This document shows positions 1 through 13,200 of a DNA stretch of 64,000 bases, piece by piece. The notes beneath the pieces are model-generated. The model saw only the letters and a list, made by a program, of their open reading frames with translations. It searched no databases and had not been told where the DNA came from. Each line of letters opens with the position of its first letter. Position 1 is the stretch's first letter. The stretch spans positions 27,596,401 through 27,660,400 of the forward strand of contig CM120641.1 of the NCBI GenBank assembly GCA_051362555.1, in the 5' to 3' direction. The DNA is from Lingula anatina (taxonomy: Eukaryota > Animalia > Brachiopoda). The translations under genes were made by a program, and so were the position numbers.

Positions 1-359
1 AAAACTGTAGGCCTAAACGTAATAGTTCAATGAAGCATGGAAGTATAACAGTCATACTTTTATGATTGAAGAAAGTTATTCTGAATAAGGGCCATTGGAT
101 TTCTTCAAAAAATAATAGTTTTAACCATCACCCAGGGCGTTATCTAGAAGATGACTGATCCCCCTGCCTGTGCCTTCGCAACATAAGTGGACAGGGACTC
201 TTCAAATTCCGGACAACCTCTAGGTCAAGCCGCCTCCTAGTTACGGCAGTATTAGAAGCTTTGTTACCTGTATCTACTGGTCAGTAAATTGTGTAATCCC
301 AAAAGTAAACAATGGGTCGGGCCCTCTTGTAAGGTTCTGGGGACGCATCCATTCGAGGG

Positions 360-405
<46 letters not shown>
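360..405 (+). repeat. (TAA)n microsatellite
   Basis: About 15 consecutive TAA units. It follows a GC-richer block (~130-360) and could be a retroelement 3' tail, but that is unverified. Confidence 0.9.
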
Positions 406-408
<3 letters not shown>

Positions 409-2354
409 TAACAATAAAAATATTTATTTATTACCAAAAGTTGGACGGTACATATATAATACTAAAGTTTATTGTTACATGTAGAAAGATGTATTGGATA
501 AAATACATTGTCTAAAGCACATTCTTTTGTATTAAGGAGAGTATCCTTTAAGACGACCTGTAATTTGTTTTTTTTATTATTATTTTTCATAAAGCAACAT
601 GTGTCACATTTTATGCGATACTTGATATTTAATGCAAAGTTTAAATGTGCCACATTTTTACGACAAGCGCAGATCCTTTTCACACATCAGGAAGTAATTA
701 AGAACTACTTTATCAAATTCCGGATTTTGTAAGTTGTTCTAGAAACTAGGGTTCCACTAAGTTGTGTTTAAAAAAAATTGAAAAAAAAAAAAAAAAAACA
801 TTGCCAACTTTTTATGTGGTGAGAGAGCCGACTTTTACAAACAATTTTAATAATTTTAATTTTATAGATATCTCAAGATTCATTTTAGTCATCTATTTCA
901 AATACTATAGCTGAGCAGATTTTTTCAAAAATTTTTTCTGAATAGTTAAAAGGTAATTATGTTTTGAGATATTTTGCACATAGATTCTTTGTAAGACGAG
1001 GACCAGTGTTGGGTGGCCATTCTTTATGTTAAAATTCTCGCCCCGCCACTTATTTCGAAAGGTGGACCTTTCTGTGAAATTTTATTGCACGACAAGACGA
1101 ACTCTCTTTAAAAATTGTCGCACTGGGTGATTTTTATTCATTTACCTCGATTTCGACCCTTTAAAGAAAAAAATCGGCAGTCAACAAAAATGAAATGTCG
1201 TGGAATTTCCATTTCACTTACATAATCTTATAAAAGAAAAAACAAATGTTGGCGGGGAGTAAAACAAGGTTCAAAAACCAGTGGCCTTAATACGTTTTAA
1301 ACATATTTTCTTGTTTATAACATCACTTTTGTTTTTATTTACTTGGTCACAATTTTGCTGGCCCACTTTTCCCCAACCCCACCCTCCCAATCTTTCGTTG
1401 CTCCAACCCAGAGTATAATCGGTTTTCAGACCGTGCCGTCAAATCTTATCAGTCATTGAAACAAGGTCAGTAATTTTCCATCCTCCGTCAAGCAACGACG
1501 GCGATCACTAAACCCCCTCACGATTTGTCTGTGAATTCAGTGGTGTTAATTTCTCTGCATAGTTTGGTAACTTAGTAATAAGCTGCGACAGGTCAGATGT
1601 AATAGTACTTTATCTTCAGGGACGGATAGTAACTTCCTAAGTTAACTTCACAAGTTCCGTTCCCTCAGCGTTACGTTGTCAGAACTCGCTAGCAATACGA
1701 CATTCAGGCAGTAACGTTTTTCCATGCGGGTTCTAAAATATGCTTGTACATTAAAATCTTTATTTACAAGTACCTTTTTGCGAGTGACACATTTATAAGT
1801 GCCAATCCCACCTTTGAAACGAAAATGGAAAGTTTGGATGCGTCATCAATTAGTACTTTGACTGGTGACGCCGTTAAAAATCCGGTTAGTACCGGTACAT
1901 GTATCTTCCAGATCTGCATTTTTTTTTTCGGCAATGCTTTTATTTGCTTCTAGCTTGATTGCAAGGCTGTGCTTAGAAATCACTGCATTCTTTCTTATTG
2001 GTTTTTGCGAGGGACCAAATGTGACATTTGTGTAACGAGTTGAAATGTATAACGTAGCAAAAAAAAAAAAAATAATAATAATAACAAATAAACAAATAAG
2101 AATAATAATAATAATAATCCAAACAGAGGATAAAAAGCACACAAAAACATACATTTTAATCTTTTCAAAATTAAACAATAAAAACCACCACATATAATCT
2201 ATACCACAGTGTTTGTTCATTTGGTGTATTACCTCTGTGGGGGGGGGGGGCATATATAGGGGTGCACAAAAATTCATCAACAGAATTATAAGATATATAG
2301 AATGGGAGTTCTCCTTTCAAATCATGTAATCCCTTCAATGTAACCACTGTTTAA

Positions 2355-2519
2355 AGCTCCACTAAACACAGTTAAAAATGCAGTTTTAAAAGGTAGTAAT
2401 GCAGCTCCAAGTGCCATAGCCTAAATGCACGTGCCTACTCCAACAGCATATATTCTGAACTCAGCTCATTCTGAGACAAGTTTAGTTATTGTATATTTTT
2501 TTAAACCACAGTAGGAGCT
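2355..2519. mobile_element. Small MITE with TTAA target duplication (Kolobok/piggyBac-like)
   Basis: TTAA|AGCTCCACT ... AGTAGGAGCT|TTAA: a short imperfect terminal inverted repeat flanked by TTAA on both sides. Confidence 0.45.
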
Positions 2520-3066
2520 TTAAATCAAACAATATAATAAGTTCCTTTGTATGACCTTTTTATTAGATAAATTGATATTTTGTAGAATTTAGAGGACATA
2601 TCATATATGTTTTATTCCCGTGCTCAATAGGAGCAGAAAACAATCATAACATCCAGAGTCTTTTATTATCTTCTCTATTTTATGCAGAGCTCTGTGACTC
2701 AGACTTTACCCATTTGCTGTGGCACAGTAGGAAACTTTGGAGTCTGTTAAAACAGAGCACAATGAAGTAGCACAGCCCGAGACCTCTATCACAATTTTGA
2801 TTGAATTCAAAGACTGAAGATAGTGACAAGTGTACTATTAGCTACTAATGTGAAATTCTTCACTCATTCTACACTCTTCGTAGATTAAATTAAACACACA
2901 CACACACACAGTTTGGCTCCATTCAATTGAAACCCTATCCTTTCTTTGTCATTATTGTACTGAAAATGTAAAGAATCGCATCTCTTTAAGAAGTCCAAAG
3001 GTTGCCAGCAAGTATTATGGTTGTTTTTATTGATTATCACCACTATCCTTGCCGTTTCAGATCCAA

Positions 3067-6000
3067 CTACTTCTGATAATCATACCAAAATCTGTAATAC
3101 TCTATAAATTTGTTAGGTGGCCTGGAGAAATATTCCTTGGCTTTCACATGGTTCACTCTGTCCAATTTCCAGTAGCAGTCAAGGTATCTCCCAAACCTCC
3201 TGGTAAACCTGGAAGGTGGAGATAAAGTTCAAGTAAATAAGTTTTTTTTTTTCTTAAGGCAACTACCAACATAAAAAATTCATAATGCAATAATAATTCA
3301 GTAAAAAAATATTGAAACAAAAAGGTGAGTTTATAAAGCACCTCATTCCATCATTCTGTCAACTTGTAAAAACAGGAGTAGGCATGTATATATAGCAAAG
3401 TGTTTTACTCTGACTGACCATCAAATAACATCTGTTTATTTCATAGCATTAACAAATAATGAGAAATTCATTATGTTACTTGTTACTTTATGCATTGATA
3501 CATTCATATAATTTATTTTGCATATGGTTGATATGCACAACAGAAATCTAGACCAAAAATGTCAAAATAAACTTACATTGAATATTTTTTAAAAGTTGAT
3601 CACTAAATACACACACACCTTAAATCATACCTGTAATTGCATATATAATAATTGTCCATATTTCCAAACACTCTAGCTTCGGCCTCCTTCAGTTCTTCAT
3701 ATTCTTCACTTCGATGGTAATCCCACTTTAAATTCTGAGGATTTTGAGGATCAGGCTTTTGCCTCAACTTGTAATTTAGAGAGTTCATATCAAAACTCTC
3801 CTTTATATTGCGGAGGATGTGTCCATCATGTAGCCCCCTAGCACTTAGAGTTATTTCAGTTGTAAATTCTCCCGGCTCACCTGGAAATGATGAACAACAC
3901 ACGTGTCATGTAGTGATAACATTCATCAAGTATCTTAAACAGGGTCTTTCTTACATGTACAAAAAATTATTGTCTTATATTTTCCATGTTACAAGTGATT
4001 ATTCGCTGCACGAGTTCATTCATAGCAATCTGCTTACTGTGATTGACTAACAAAATCTTGTAGTGTGAGGACATTGGCCTAGAATGTCTTCCTTACTACA
4101 GACAGGGCAAGTTATATATTAGTTTGTTTTAATGGATTTTTTTATCAACTTAAAATTATGCTCTCATGCTTTATGTCTTCAGATAACTGATAGATCCCCA
4201 CATCATTCAGTTTGTATCAATGTACCTCAAAAAACATACCAAACTTTTGTACAACTGCTCCTTGCTAGTAGTAAAAGAGATTGCCAATGATAACTTTTGT
4301 GTAATATTATTAATATAACATTGTTTTATTGTTTAACCTCAAAATAGCCAAATTTATATGGCAAATGTTTATTGCGAGTAGAATCACAATTTTATCTTTT
4401 TGCTTGTGACACAGCCAAACAAACTTACAGGTTATTATATAAATGTACTTTTCAATCTAAATCATGTAACTTGCAAAATGAGGCCTGCAAAATGAGGCCA
4501 ATTTTGCTGCAGATTTCAGTAGGTCTATACTTAATTAACAAAGAAGCTGCCGAAAACTGCTTTCGTCTCTAAAGTAGACTATGAGCTCATTCCCATTGAA
4601 ACTATCAGTCTGGTAAATCGATCCAACTCTGCAGGGATTCTTGCAGAATGCAATCAGTTTGACAGATTTAAACGCCTCCTGATGTTGAGTAGAATACAAA
4701 AAAAGCTGATGATCATATGCGTATGTTAGAAACGAGAGAAGGCGAGTAATCTGTTAAATTGAGCGTGTTCAGTGAGAATCCCTGTGGGGTTAGATCAATC
4801 TACCTCCATATGTAGACCGATAATTTCAAGGGGAAAAATCCTAAAATTCTGAAGTTGAGTGTTCATTGTCAGGGGCGGATACAGAGATATTTTCTGATAG
4901 TCCTCCAAATTTTCTTTGTTGATCCATCCACCATTTTTGACCGTCTTCCGACAGAAAAAATTAGATACTCGTCAATGTAAACTTGAAAATCTGGACGACT
5001 CCGAAGATGGCCTAAATCCGCCCCTGATTGTTTTACGTCATATAAGATGTCCTAACACTGTGGTGAACTGATGCATCCTTACCATACTCTAGAAAAGGTG
5101 ACCTAAATTTCACTTCATACATGAAGTTGCCATAAAAATCCTTTACGTCTCGAACTGGTAAATATTCTCTCTGTTCATCATCTAACTGTTCCCAGTTTTT
5201 CATGATTTCTTCTAATGCCTGCAGAGAAATTTGATATTCAGTAATTATTGGATATGATTCCAGTCAAGAGACCTTCAGTTAAGTTAAACATATATATATA
5301 TATGTAGTATACTGTAAAACTTCAAATGTAACCACAAGACTTGGAAATATGAATATAAAAATCATTCATGAAGGAACTTATCATGGAGATGTTGCACATG
5401 TATTCTGTATGGTTAACATCTGGTTCGTATACCCAGTACTGTTATTTTATTTAAGAACATACTGATCAATTTTAATTATTTTTAATCCTTCATTCTTTTG
5501 GCTTATTTTTGTGTAATTCTGATTTATATATTTATTTATTCATCATTGCTATTGTCATCACTGTGTTACTCCTTGGGGTAGCTGCTTTTTCAAATGGAGA
5601 AATTCTGGCATGTCATTTGGGGTCAAAAGCATTTTGGGACACAGTGTAAAACTCAGAGAAATAAACATACATTTTTAAATTACTAATAATACCTATGAGC
5701 GCATTCTCAACGAATTAAGCCAGGCTTTACAAAGCCGGTGACCTAAAAATGGCGGACGTACATGAAAGAAAAACTGCCTAATCTTTTAATAGTCTCTCCG
5801 CCTCCCCACACGTCGTCCCTGCGGGGTACAGTAATTAAATCTCGGCTCCGTTCGCCATGCGGAAGCTACCTGAGAAAAATTAAGTGCGCATGCTCATCAG
5901 TTAAACTCGTGGTGAAGAAAGCATGGCGGCTGAAGGCGATCGAAGGAAAAAAGCTCTTCTGTTCTATTATCTTTGAAAACAGAGACGAAAAAGGAATAAT

Positions 6001-6539
6001 TTGGCCTGTAGAGCAGCAATGAATCGACTATCTACGGAGATAATATCACCAGAGATATTCACGGAAATATTAATGTTCGGAGCCGAGATTTAATTACTGT
6101 ACCCCGCAGGGACGACGTGTGGGGAGGCGTGTGAGAGGCGGAGAGACTATTAAAAGATTAGGCGGTTTTTCTTTCATGTACGTCCGCCATTTTTAGGTCA
6201 CCGGCTTTGTAAAGCCTGGCTTAATTCGTTGAGAATGCGCTCTATGTCTTTAATTGCATTAAACATATACCATTTTTCAGCCGTATTTACCACCAGGCAA
6301 GAAGCAGACAGGCAACATTATTTTAATACCAAACTTATTAAACAATATGTATTAGTACCCACTGACCTCTGGTACAATGAAATCTTCCAAGCTTTCAAAG
6401 TCCCCAACAGATATCTCATAGGATACTGATTGGATTGCCTGTAGTACAAAAGATAATAAATAATCAAGACACTACAAATATTAAAGGCATAAAAAATTGG
6501 ACTTTCTTGTCAAGAACAGCTGGAAAAATAAGAGGTGCA

Positions 6540-6580
<41 letters not shown>

Positions 6581-7383
6581 TTCAGCACAATAACAACACA
6601 CATTCCATTGCAGATTACTTTATGTCGGGTTAACTATGAAAAAAAAATGTAGAATCATCCATGTGGGGCCATGAATTGATGTAATTTTAATTTTTTTTTA
6701 AATACACAGAAAGATATGGCAGTCTAAATGAATAAATCATTAAAAAATGGTATAAAACAATTAATCCAGGAATGGTTTGAGCAATGATTAACAAGTAGGG
6801 TAATATGGATTTTCTCTTGAGCAAAACACAATTAGAGGGAAATCTTTTACAGGCTTCATTTAAAATGCTTCAAGACGTTGCAAAATGAAATTTACCTCAT
6901 AACAGTCCGCGAACTGTAATTCTTACGTATGTTTATTGACATTTCATATAAATCAATGTACTCAATTTGTACCAATTTCAAATGAATACTTACGTCATGA
7001 GCAAATTCAAAAAACCACCTAGGAGATAGTTTAACATCATAATCTTGCATTCTGTGGTATCTAAATTTCCCGACCAGTAACTTAGGTATGTTCCTTTTCA
7101 CTTGCATCGGAAAATCCATCAACTGTAACTTCCTGGACCCCGTCTTTCCACTTGTACTATAAGTTTTCATCTGCCGTGGTAATGCAGTCCTTCTTGCACA
7201 TATATTCTTTTCTCCAACATTTACCAATGCAGAATGGTAATTTTTCAACCCTGATATATTGATCTTGTGTATTGCCTTTTGAAAAGCACAAGCATTCTTA
7301 GGGTGGATATTACTTCTAAGGATTGTGCCAAGGAAATGTGGTTTTGTTGATGAGAATACAACTGAAAGTCCATGGCTATTCAT
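3067..7383 (-). CDS. MAIP1: MAIP1/C2orf47-like mitochondrial m-AAA protease-interacting protein, ~329 aa, 5 coding exons
   Basis: Phase-consistent GT-AG exons: 7383-6994, 6438-6367, 5218-5083, 3880-3631 and 3208-3067 (990 nt in total). The N-terminus is basic and Ser-rich like a targeting peptide. It is followed by ...RWFFEFAHD|AIQSVSYEISVGDFESLEDFIVPE|ALEEIMKNWEQLDDEQREYL... and the C-terminal YICNYRFTRRFGRYLDCYWKLDRVNH, which resemble the MAIP1 helical region and its terminal NY(E/R)FxRxF...W.I..I.H motif (recalled, not searched). Confidence 0.7.
4590..4835. mobile_element. Degenerate MITE with TTCCC...GGGAA ends
   Basis: Imperfect inverted arms: ttcccattgaaactatc..tcgatccaactctgcagggattct and agaatccctgtggggttagatcaatc..gataatttcaaggggaa. 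Related pieces lie at 42976-43186 and ~47622-47672. Confidence 0.5.
4870..5026. mobile_element. ~160-bp MITE, TIR CAGGGGCGGAT, 5-bp TSD (hAT5-like)
   Basis: ATTGT|CAGGGGCGGAT...ATCCGCCCCTG|ATTGT. Homologous copies lie at 17356-17523 and 54178-54346. Confidence 0.8.
5697..6242. mobile_element. Foldback MITE with ~155-bp near-perfect TIRs in MAIP1-like intron
   Basis: GAGCGCATTCTCAACGAATTAAGCC...GGCTCCG (5697-5850) is mirrored at 6077-6242, with one short indel. It is flanked by TAT/TAT, or by CTATG/CTATG if the termini are read one base inward. Confidence 0.9.
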
Positions 7384-9404
7384 TTTTTTGGTCAACTGTG
7401 GGGTTTAGGTTAAGTTCCATATCTGAAAAAAAAAATTTAATGCATGTTCATATTAAACAATGTTTAAGACAATTGCAAAAATTGGAACTTAAAAGTTAAT
7501 AAAAGCAATGAAAGCACTCACTGAATACAGAGGTCAATTAGATGGGATTGCAGAGGAAGTTGTTATAAAATAACTGGCCCAGGGAACTAGTTCATGAAGT
7601 TCAGAGGGTGAGATACCAATGCCCTTTGAACAAATATCAAAATTTGATTGAAATTATCCATATGCTACCCCATAACGGTATCATATCTAAATCCATTTAA
7701 TACCATTTTTACAAAAGCAAGTTTTGAAATAAAAACAAATAAACATGTCCTCAAAGTACAAAGCCATCAGACTGTGGAAACCTCCTCCAATTCTATATCC
7801 CTGTATGTAATCATATTAAATCAACACGTTATCTTTTAATTTGCTTCTGTATGTGTCGGGGACTGGGTTTTGTGCCTTCTCAGTTTCATCAGAGAAGTCT
7901 TCATCCTGACATAGGCATACTATCAGAAATTATTCTTGGATCTACAAAACTGTCCTCATTGAAGTTTGTCAGTAAGATTAATATCTACATATTAAACATC
8001 AGAGACTGAATTTTAACATTACTTTAAGGATATTGTCAGCCCTTGCCCCAAACTCCTTATTTACTGCCTTGCATACATCCTTTTAGGTAAAAGATAAATC
8101 TTCAGTGCTCAGTGACTAAATTAACTAACATTTACACATACTGTATGTCATCTTCTGGATGATGTCATAATTGCAATTTTGGGACAAAAACTGAAAACCA
8201 GTTTCTCAAATTTCTCTTTTACCTGAGCACCCATGATCACGGTTTCAACACGGATTGAATGACACCATTTAGTACTCCAAAACCCTGCCAGCAATTCTTC
8301 TTAAATGTCTTCGTTCAGATTTTATTGTTGATAAAGCAAAATAATGCCTTTGTTTAATGGAAATCTGGGCTCATAATTCCATAACAAACACATTTAAACC
8401 AAATTGACAACACGAGATTGTAGTCTATACACTCGTTATCAACTCTGCCAAATTTTGTGATAAAATCTTGTTCAGGGATGAAGTTACATCCCATACTGTA
8501 CCAACTACTATCTTACCTCAAAATAAAAAGGTGTTAAATTGACGATTAAAGCTTTAAGTTACCTATACTTATACATTGCAGCAATGAAATATAAATGCCA
8601 ATAATTAATATTTTCCAGTTTCTTTTTATTGTTTTAAGTCAGCACAAAGATAGATGCATTATTGAATAATTAAATGGATGAAAAAACTCATTTTTGGTAT
8701 CTGGATGATAATGAAAGGTTACAATAACCTTAAAAGATGGGTTGGATTGAATAATTAAATACTTTCATGTTGAAATACTTTCATGTTGAAATATCTAAAA
8801 AATAATGTACTGTTATTCTTTTAATAAAAATCCCATATCGTGCAATCATATTTTGTAAACACCTTATCATTTAAGTTACTTCTGTCTTGGATAAATATTT
8901 ATCCTTCTCGGTGAAAGTATGTGTATGCCTGCTACTGATGCATACCTTAAATCTACCGGTTAATATTGCACAGCAATTGCTATGTCCTAAAAAAAAAAAA
9001 AAAAAGTTGAAGCTACAGTGGCAGTCATACTGATTCCATTTCTAATGTAATGTGAAATTTCCAAAGAATTCTACATTTGATTTGCTTCTCTGTGCACGCG
9101 AAGTGAAAGACTGGGTCGTATCTGGGGCCATATTGGAGCCCTTAATTATTTATTTCGGCGATGAAAATTAATACACTGGGGATTCAATTATTAATTTAAG
9201 TGAAAGTCAATTCGGGCGGTTTACTACGTACAAGACGTACGTGTAACCCCCCTCCCCCCCCCCCCCCTCCCACACCACACACACACACACACACCACACA
9301 CAGACCCACAATGGATTTTTATCTCTTTTTTCTAAATTAGATTACGTTGTGGCTTCGATCAAAGTCTCTGCAATTAAAATCAATTAGTTTGCCAGTTAAC
9401 TTAC

Positions 9405-9991
9405 AGAGTTTAACAAAAAGCCTGATTTTGTCAAGGGAAGCGGTGCGATCTCGTTCCAGTGGAAAAGTCATTAAAAAACAAGCCTCCTTCTATTAAAGAT
9501 TTACTTCCTGTTGAAGCAGACTATGGGTGTTTGCTGCACTAATCAAACGGTAAAATTGAAATCCCCACAAGTAATAGTTTTTATTAAATCTGCGACGCTT
9601 AAATTTGATTGGGATTTAAAGTAAATATCAAAGTTGTGGATTCCATATGTGGATCATGTGCGGGTCAGCTGATTTAACAGTTAGAGACTACTGATAGTAG
9701 AGAGATATTTTTTAATGGGGAGCGTCTCGCTTGTCCGAAGGGTCATTGATCCGAAAAATGGTAACATTTTCATCGTTTTTTTTAAATCAAGGGTTCATTG
9801 GTCCGAAGGTTCTATAGAGAACATTCAGACCAATGAACCTTCGGACTATTGCTACGACCACTTAAAATGAACCTGGGGGCGTTTTTATAGATACTCCTAA
9901 GAGGGTAACTTATGGTGTAACATGAATTGCTACACGAAAACTGGGTGGTTCCTTCTCAGTATCCCAGAGAATTACGTGTTTTAGTCACAAG
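9405..9991. promoter_or_regulatory. Putative bidirectional promoter region with both non-coding first exons
   Basis: There is a minus-strand donor GTAAGT at 9404-9399 (towards the MAIP1-like acceptor at ~7423) and a plus-strand donor AAG|GTAAAT at 9992 (towards the PRMT2 acceptor at 10206). An ETS-like ACTTCCTG occurs at ~9503. Transcription start sites are not directly observable. Confidence 0.5.
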
Positions 9992-10228
9992 GTAAATTTC
10001 AAACTTAAATTAAAGAAGGAAGATCAATATTTATAGTTAATAGATCGATTAATTTGTACTCTGTATTGTAGTTTTACGTACATACTGTAAGCTAGAGCAG
10101 TACACGTACATACATGTACTGTAAGCTAGAGCAGTACGTGTACATGTGGTATTTGCACTGTGTTTCCTTAAAAAATAATGGTTTCATTTTATTCTTATTC
10201 CCCCAGATACCCAGAACATGAAACAGAA

Positions 10229-13200
10229 ATGGCTGAGAAAAAAGCAGTGCAGAGTGATCAACAAACTCTAGGGGATGGTGATATCGAGGACTTATGTGTG
10301 GCTGTCAGTGATTTTGCAGGTCTTTCTGATAATGAAGTATGTTTGGCCAGACATAATTGTTAAGATGATTGACCGACAAGAACATCCCTTATTTTGAGGA
10401 AATTAGAATTTTTGTTAAACTTCTTTGTTATTAATTAAGCATTTATTTTTCCTAAGTTTTTTAAAAAAGGTTTTTTTATATTGTTTCAGGAGTTTGTAGT
10501 CTTTGCATACATGCTTAGGGCCCCTTTACACTGGACGGCGTCCTTTCTGCGTCCCTTCTGCGTTCAAAAATGTGGTCAGGACGCTCAACGGTCGCCAAAG
10601 CAATTAAATCGTGTCTCAGTGTAAAGGCGTCTGCATCCCTTGTGCGTCCTTTGAACGACCGTATCGTGATTTTACCTGTAAAACTGCGAGCAACCTGCCT
10701 GCCTCCACTGTACGTCCCCTGTGCAACCCAAGGCGTCCATTGCGATGTTTGAGAGACCATTGAGCATTCTTGCTGCGTTCTCTGTATACCTTCATCGGCG
10801 ATCAGTGGCGTCTATTCTACGATCATTCTGCATCCTGCTTGACCGATGAGCGTTATTTGGGCGTCCTTCTCTATATTCTAACTCATCTTTTCATAGGTTC
10901 TAACCAGGTCATCCAATAAAGAACATTTCCAGCACACAAAACAAATAAATGGGAATAAACGCTTTAAACTATAGTGATGCAAGGTCTGCATGGACTGATA
11001 ATCAGCCAGATGCTCATTGTTATCCTTATAAGAAGGATGGACAGGGACCGAAAACGAGAAAGTATGACTGACACAACATAGAATGTTTGAATCCGTTTTC
11101 AAATGAAGCATTCTGCAAAAAGTTCTGACAATTAATCTTGTAAAAAAGGCAAAATATCCGTTTAATAATAACCTCAAAAATTGGTTCGTTTCATGAATTT
11201 TAGGGGAAAAAACAATCGGAGGCTGATATGAGACCACTGTTACCCTTAGAATTCCTGTCTGGTGAAAAATACCTCAGCACGGCCCCGTTTGAGAGTGAAA
11301 AAAAATAACGTTCTACGTGTCGAACACTGGACGATCTTTGAGTTTTCATTCTGCAACCAAAGCGATGCTTGTGCCTCCTTTCTACGACCGCGGCGATGCT
11401 TGTGCGTCCTCTCTGCGACCGCGGCGATGCTTGTGCGTTCTCTCTGCGACTACGGCGATGCCTGTGCGTCCTTTCTGCGTCCATTGAGCGACCATCCTAC
11501 ATCGCGTTCTCTCTGCGATTGTTTTGAACATGCTCAAAACTTCGCGGGGTCCATGGCGTCCTCGGCGATGCTTGAACGTTCTTTGTGCGACCTTGGCGAT
11601 CACTGTGCGTTCTTTGAGCGTCCGACGGCGTCCTGGCCAGTTTCATGGTCGCACAAAGGACGCAGAAAGGACGCCGTCCAGTGTAAAGGGGGTTTTAGCA
11701 ACTGTGCAGCAATGCACATATTAAAATTTTTTCAGGATTTGCTCATAAAAGTTGTGCTTAAAGACTTTCTTTCTAGTAACTAAAAGAACAGAGATATTAC
11801 AGGTTTCATAAATAATGTATCATAAAATTCATGCAAGTAGTCAGTCATCCCGAGTTTTTTTTCTCAGAAAATTATTTCTGGGTCAACTGCACCAGTCCTA
11901 TGATAAAGTGATGAACCACATCCTTGTTCAGAAAATGTTTTTAGGTGAATATGTAAGTGCCTTTGGTGGCCAGCTTGTACTAGTGCCTGGGCAGCAGACT
12001 TTTTCAGAACCTACCAGTTATTATTCTTTTCTTCTTAGTATTATTTATTCATTCATTTATTTGTTTGTTTTATGTTTTATTTTATTTTTATGTACAGACA
12101 CAGATGTGTCTGTACATATTGCCATCACCTGCGTCTGTCGTCGCCGTCCCTGTCGCCGTCCCTGTCGCCGTCGCCGTCGCCGTCGCCGTGCACTTTCATC
12201 GTTAACACGATAAGTGGAAGACAGTTTTACTTTTTGGCTTTATATTTACAGAGCTGATGAATATTCATAAAACGCAGGTCAAGTTCGAAAATCAGCATGT
12301 TTGGGCAATTATTGTAGTATTTATGCTGTGTTTTCACTTTTTAGCATATATGCAACACTGTTAACACATTTCAAGGAAAACCGATAGGCCTGTTGTCATG
12401 AAACTCACAGGAGTAATTAATCTTACTAAAACGCAGAGCAAGTTCGAAAATCGGCATGATCGGGCCACTATTTTAGTAGTTATGCTGTTTTTTTCACTTT
12501 TCAGCATATGTGCAACACTGTTAACACATTTCAAGGAAAACTGATAGACCTGTTGTCATGAAACTCACAGGAGTAATCAATCTTACTAAAATGCAGGTCA
12601 AGTTCGAAAATCAGCATAATCGGGGCATTATTTTATAAGTTATGCTGTTTTTAAACATTTCCTCAGATTTAATACTTAGGCATGTTAACAGTCTCATTAT
12701 TTAACTAATAAGATTCGTAAAAGTGTTTGTTTGACATTTCCTGCATCTTTACAACATTGTTAGTTGATTATGTAAAAATGATGGTAAACTTGTTATCATG
12801 TATTGTATAATAGAGTTTCAAAAATGGAAATAAACTCATATCATTGCAGTTTGTCAGATTCATTCATTCACTATGTTCAGAAACTCAGAATGGAGGAAAT
12901 TGGACATTAAACACTGTTCTATTGATATTTTTCCCATCTCATCAATTTTCTTAGTTGATCATATATAAATGGCAGTAAATTGTTAATTTTGTTATGTGTT
13001 AAAAAATTGTTAAAAATGGAAAAAAAAACATTTCAGGACAGTGCTGTCTTGTCTACATTTTGGCATTTTCAAGGTGTGACTTTGAAGTTCCTTTGGCCTG
13101 AAGACCTTTGCTAGGAACATTTTCTGAATATCCATGATACTAATATTTTATTATTAAAAATTGATGGTAATTATCCTGTTAAACATTATGTAATAGTGCA

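Noticed and set aside
130-1950. CpG-richer stretches possibly from a SINE/LINE tail or DNA transposon
   Set aside because: No convincing termini, Pol III boxes or second copy in the window, so no family could be supported.
8200-8520. Exon-like, slightly GC-richer stretch in the MAIP1-like 5' intron
   Set aside because: No phase-consistent open frame or recognisable motif. It could be a non-coding exon, but this is unsupported.
10515-12257. Arg/Cys/Ser-rich ORFs (up to 173 aa)
   Set aside because: They lie within the GC-rich subterminal repeats of the Harbinger-like element and the (CGCCGT)n tract of HINE A.
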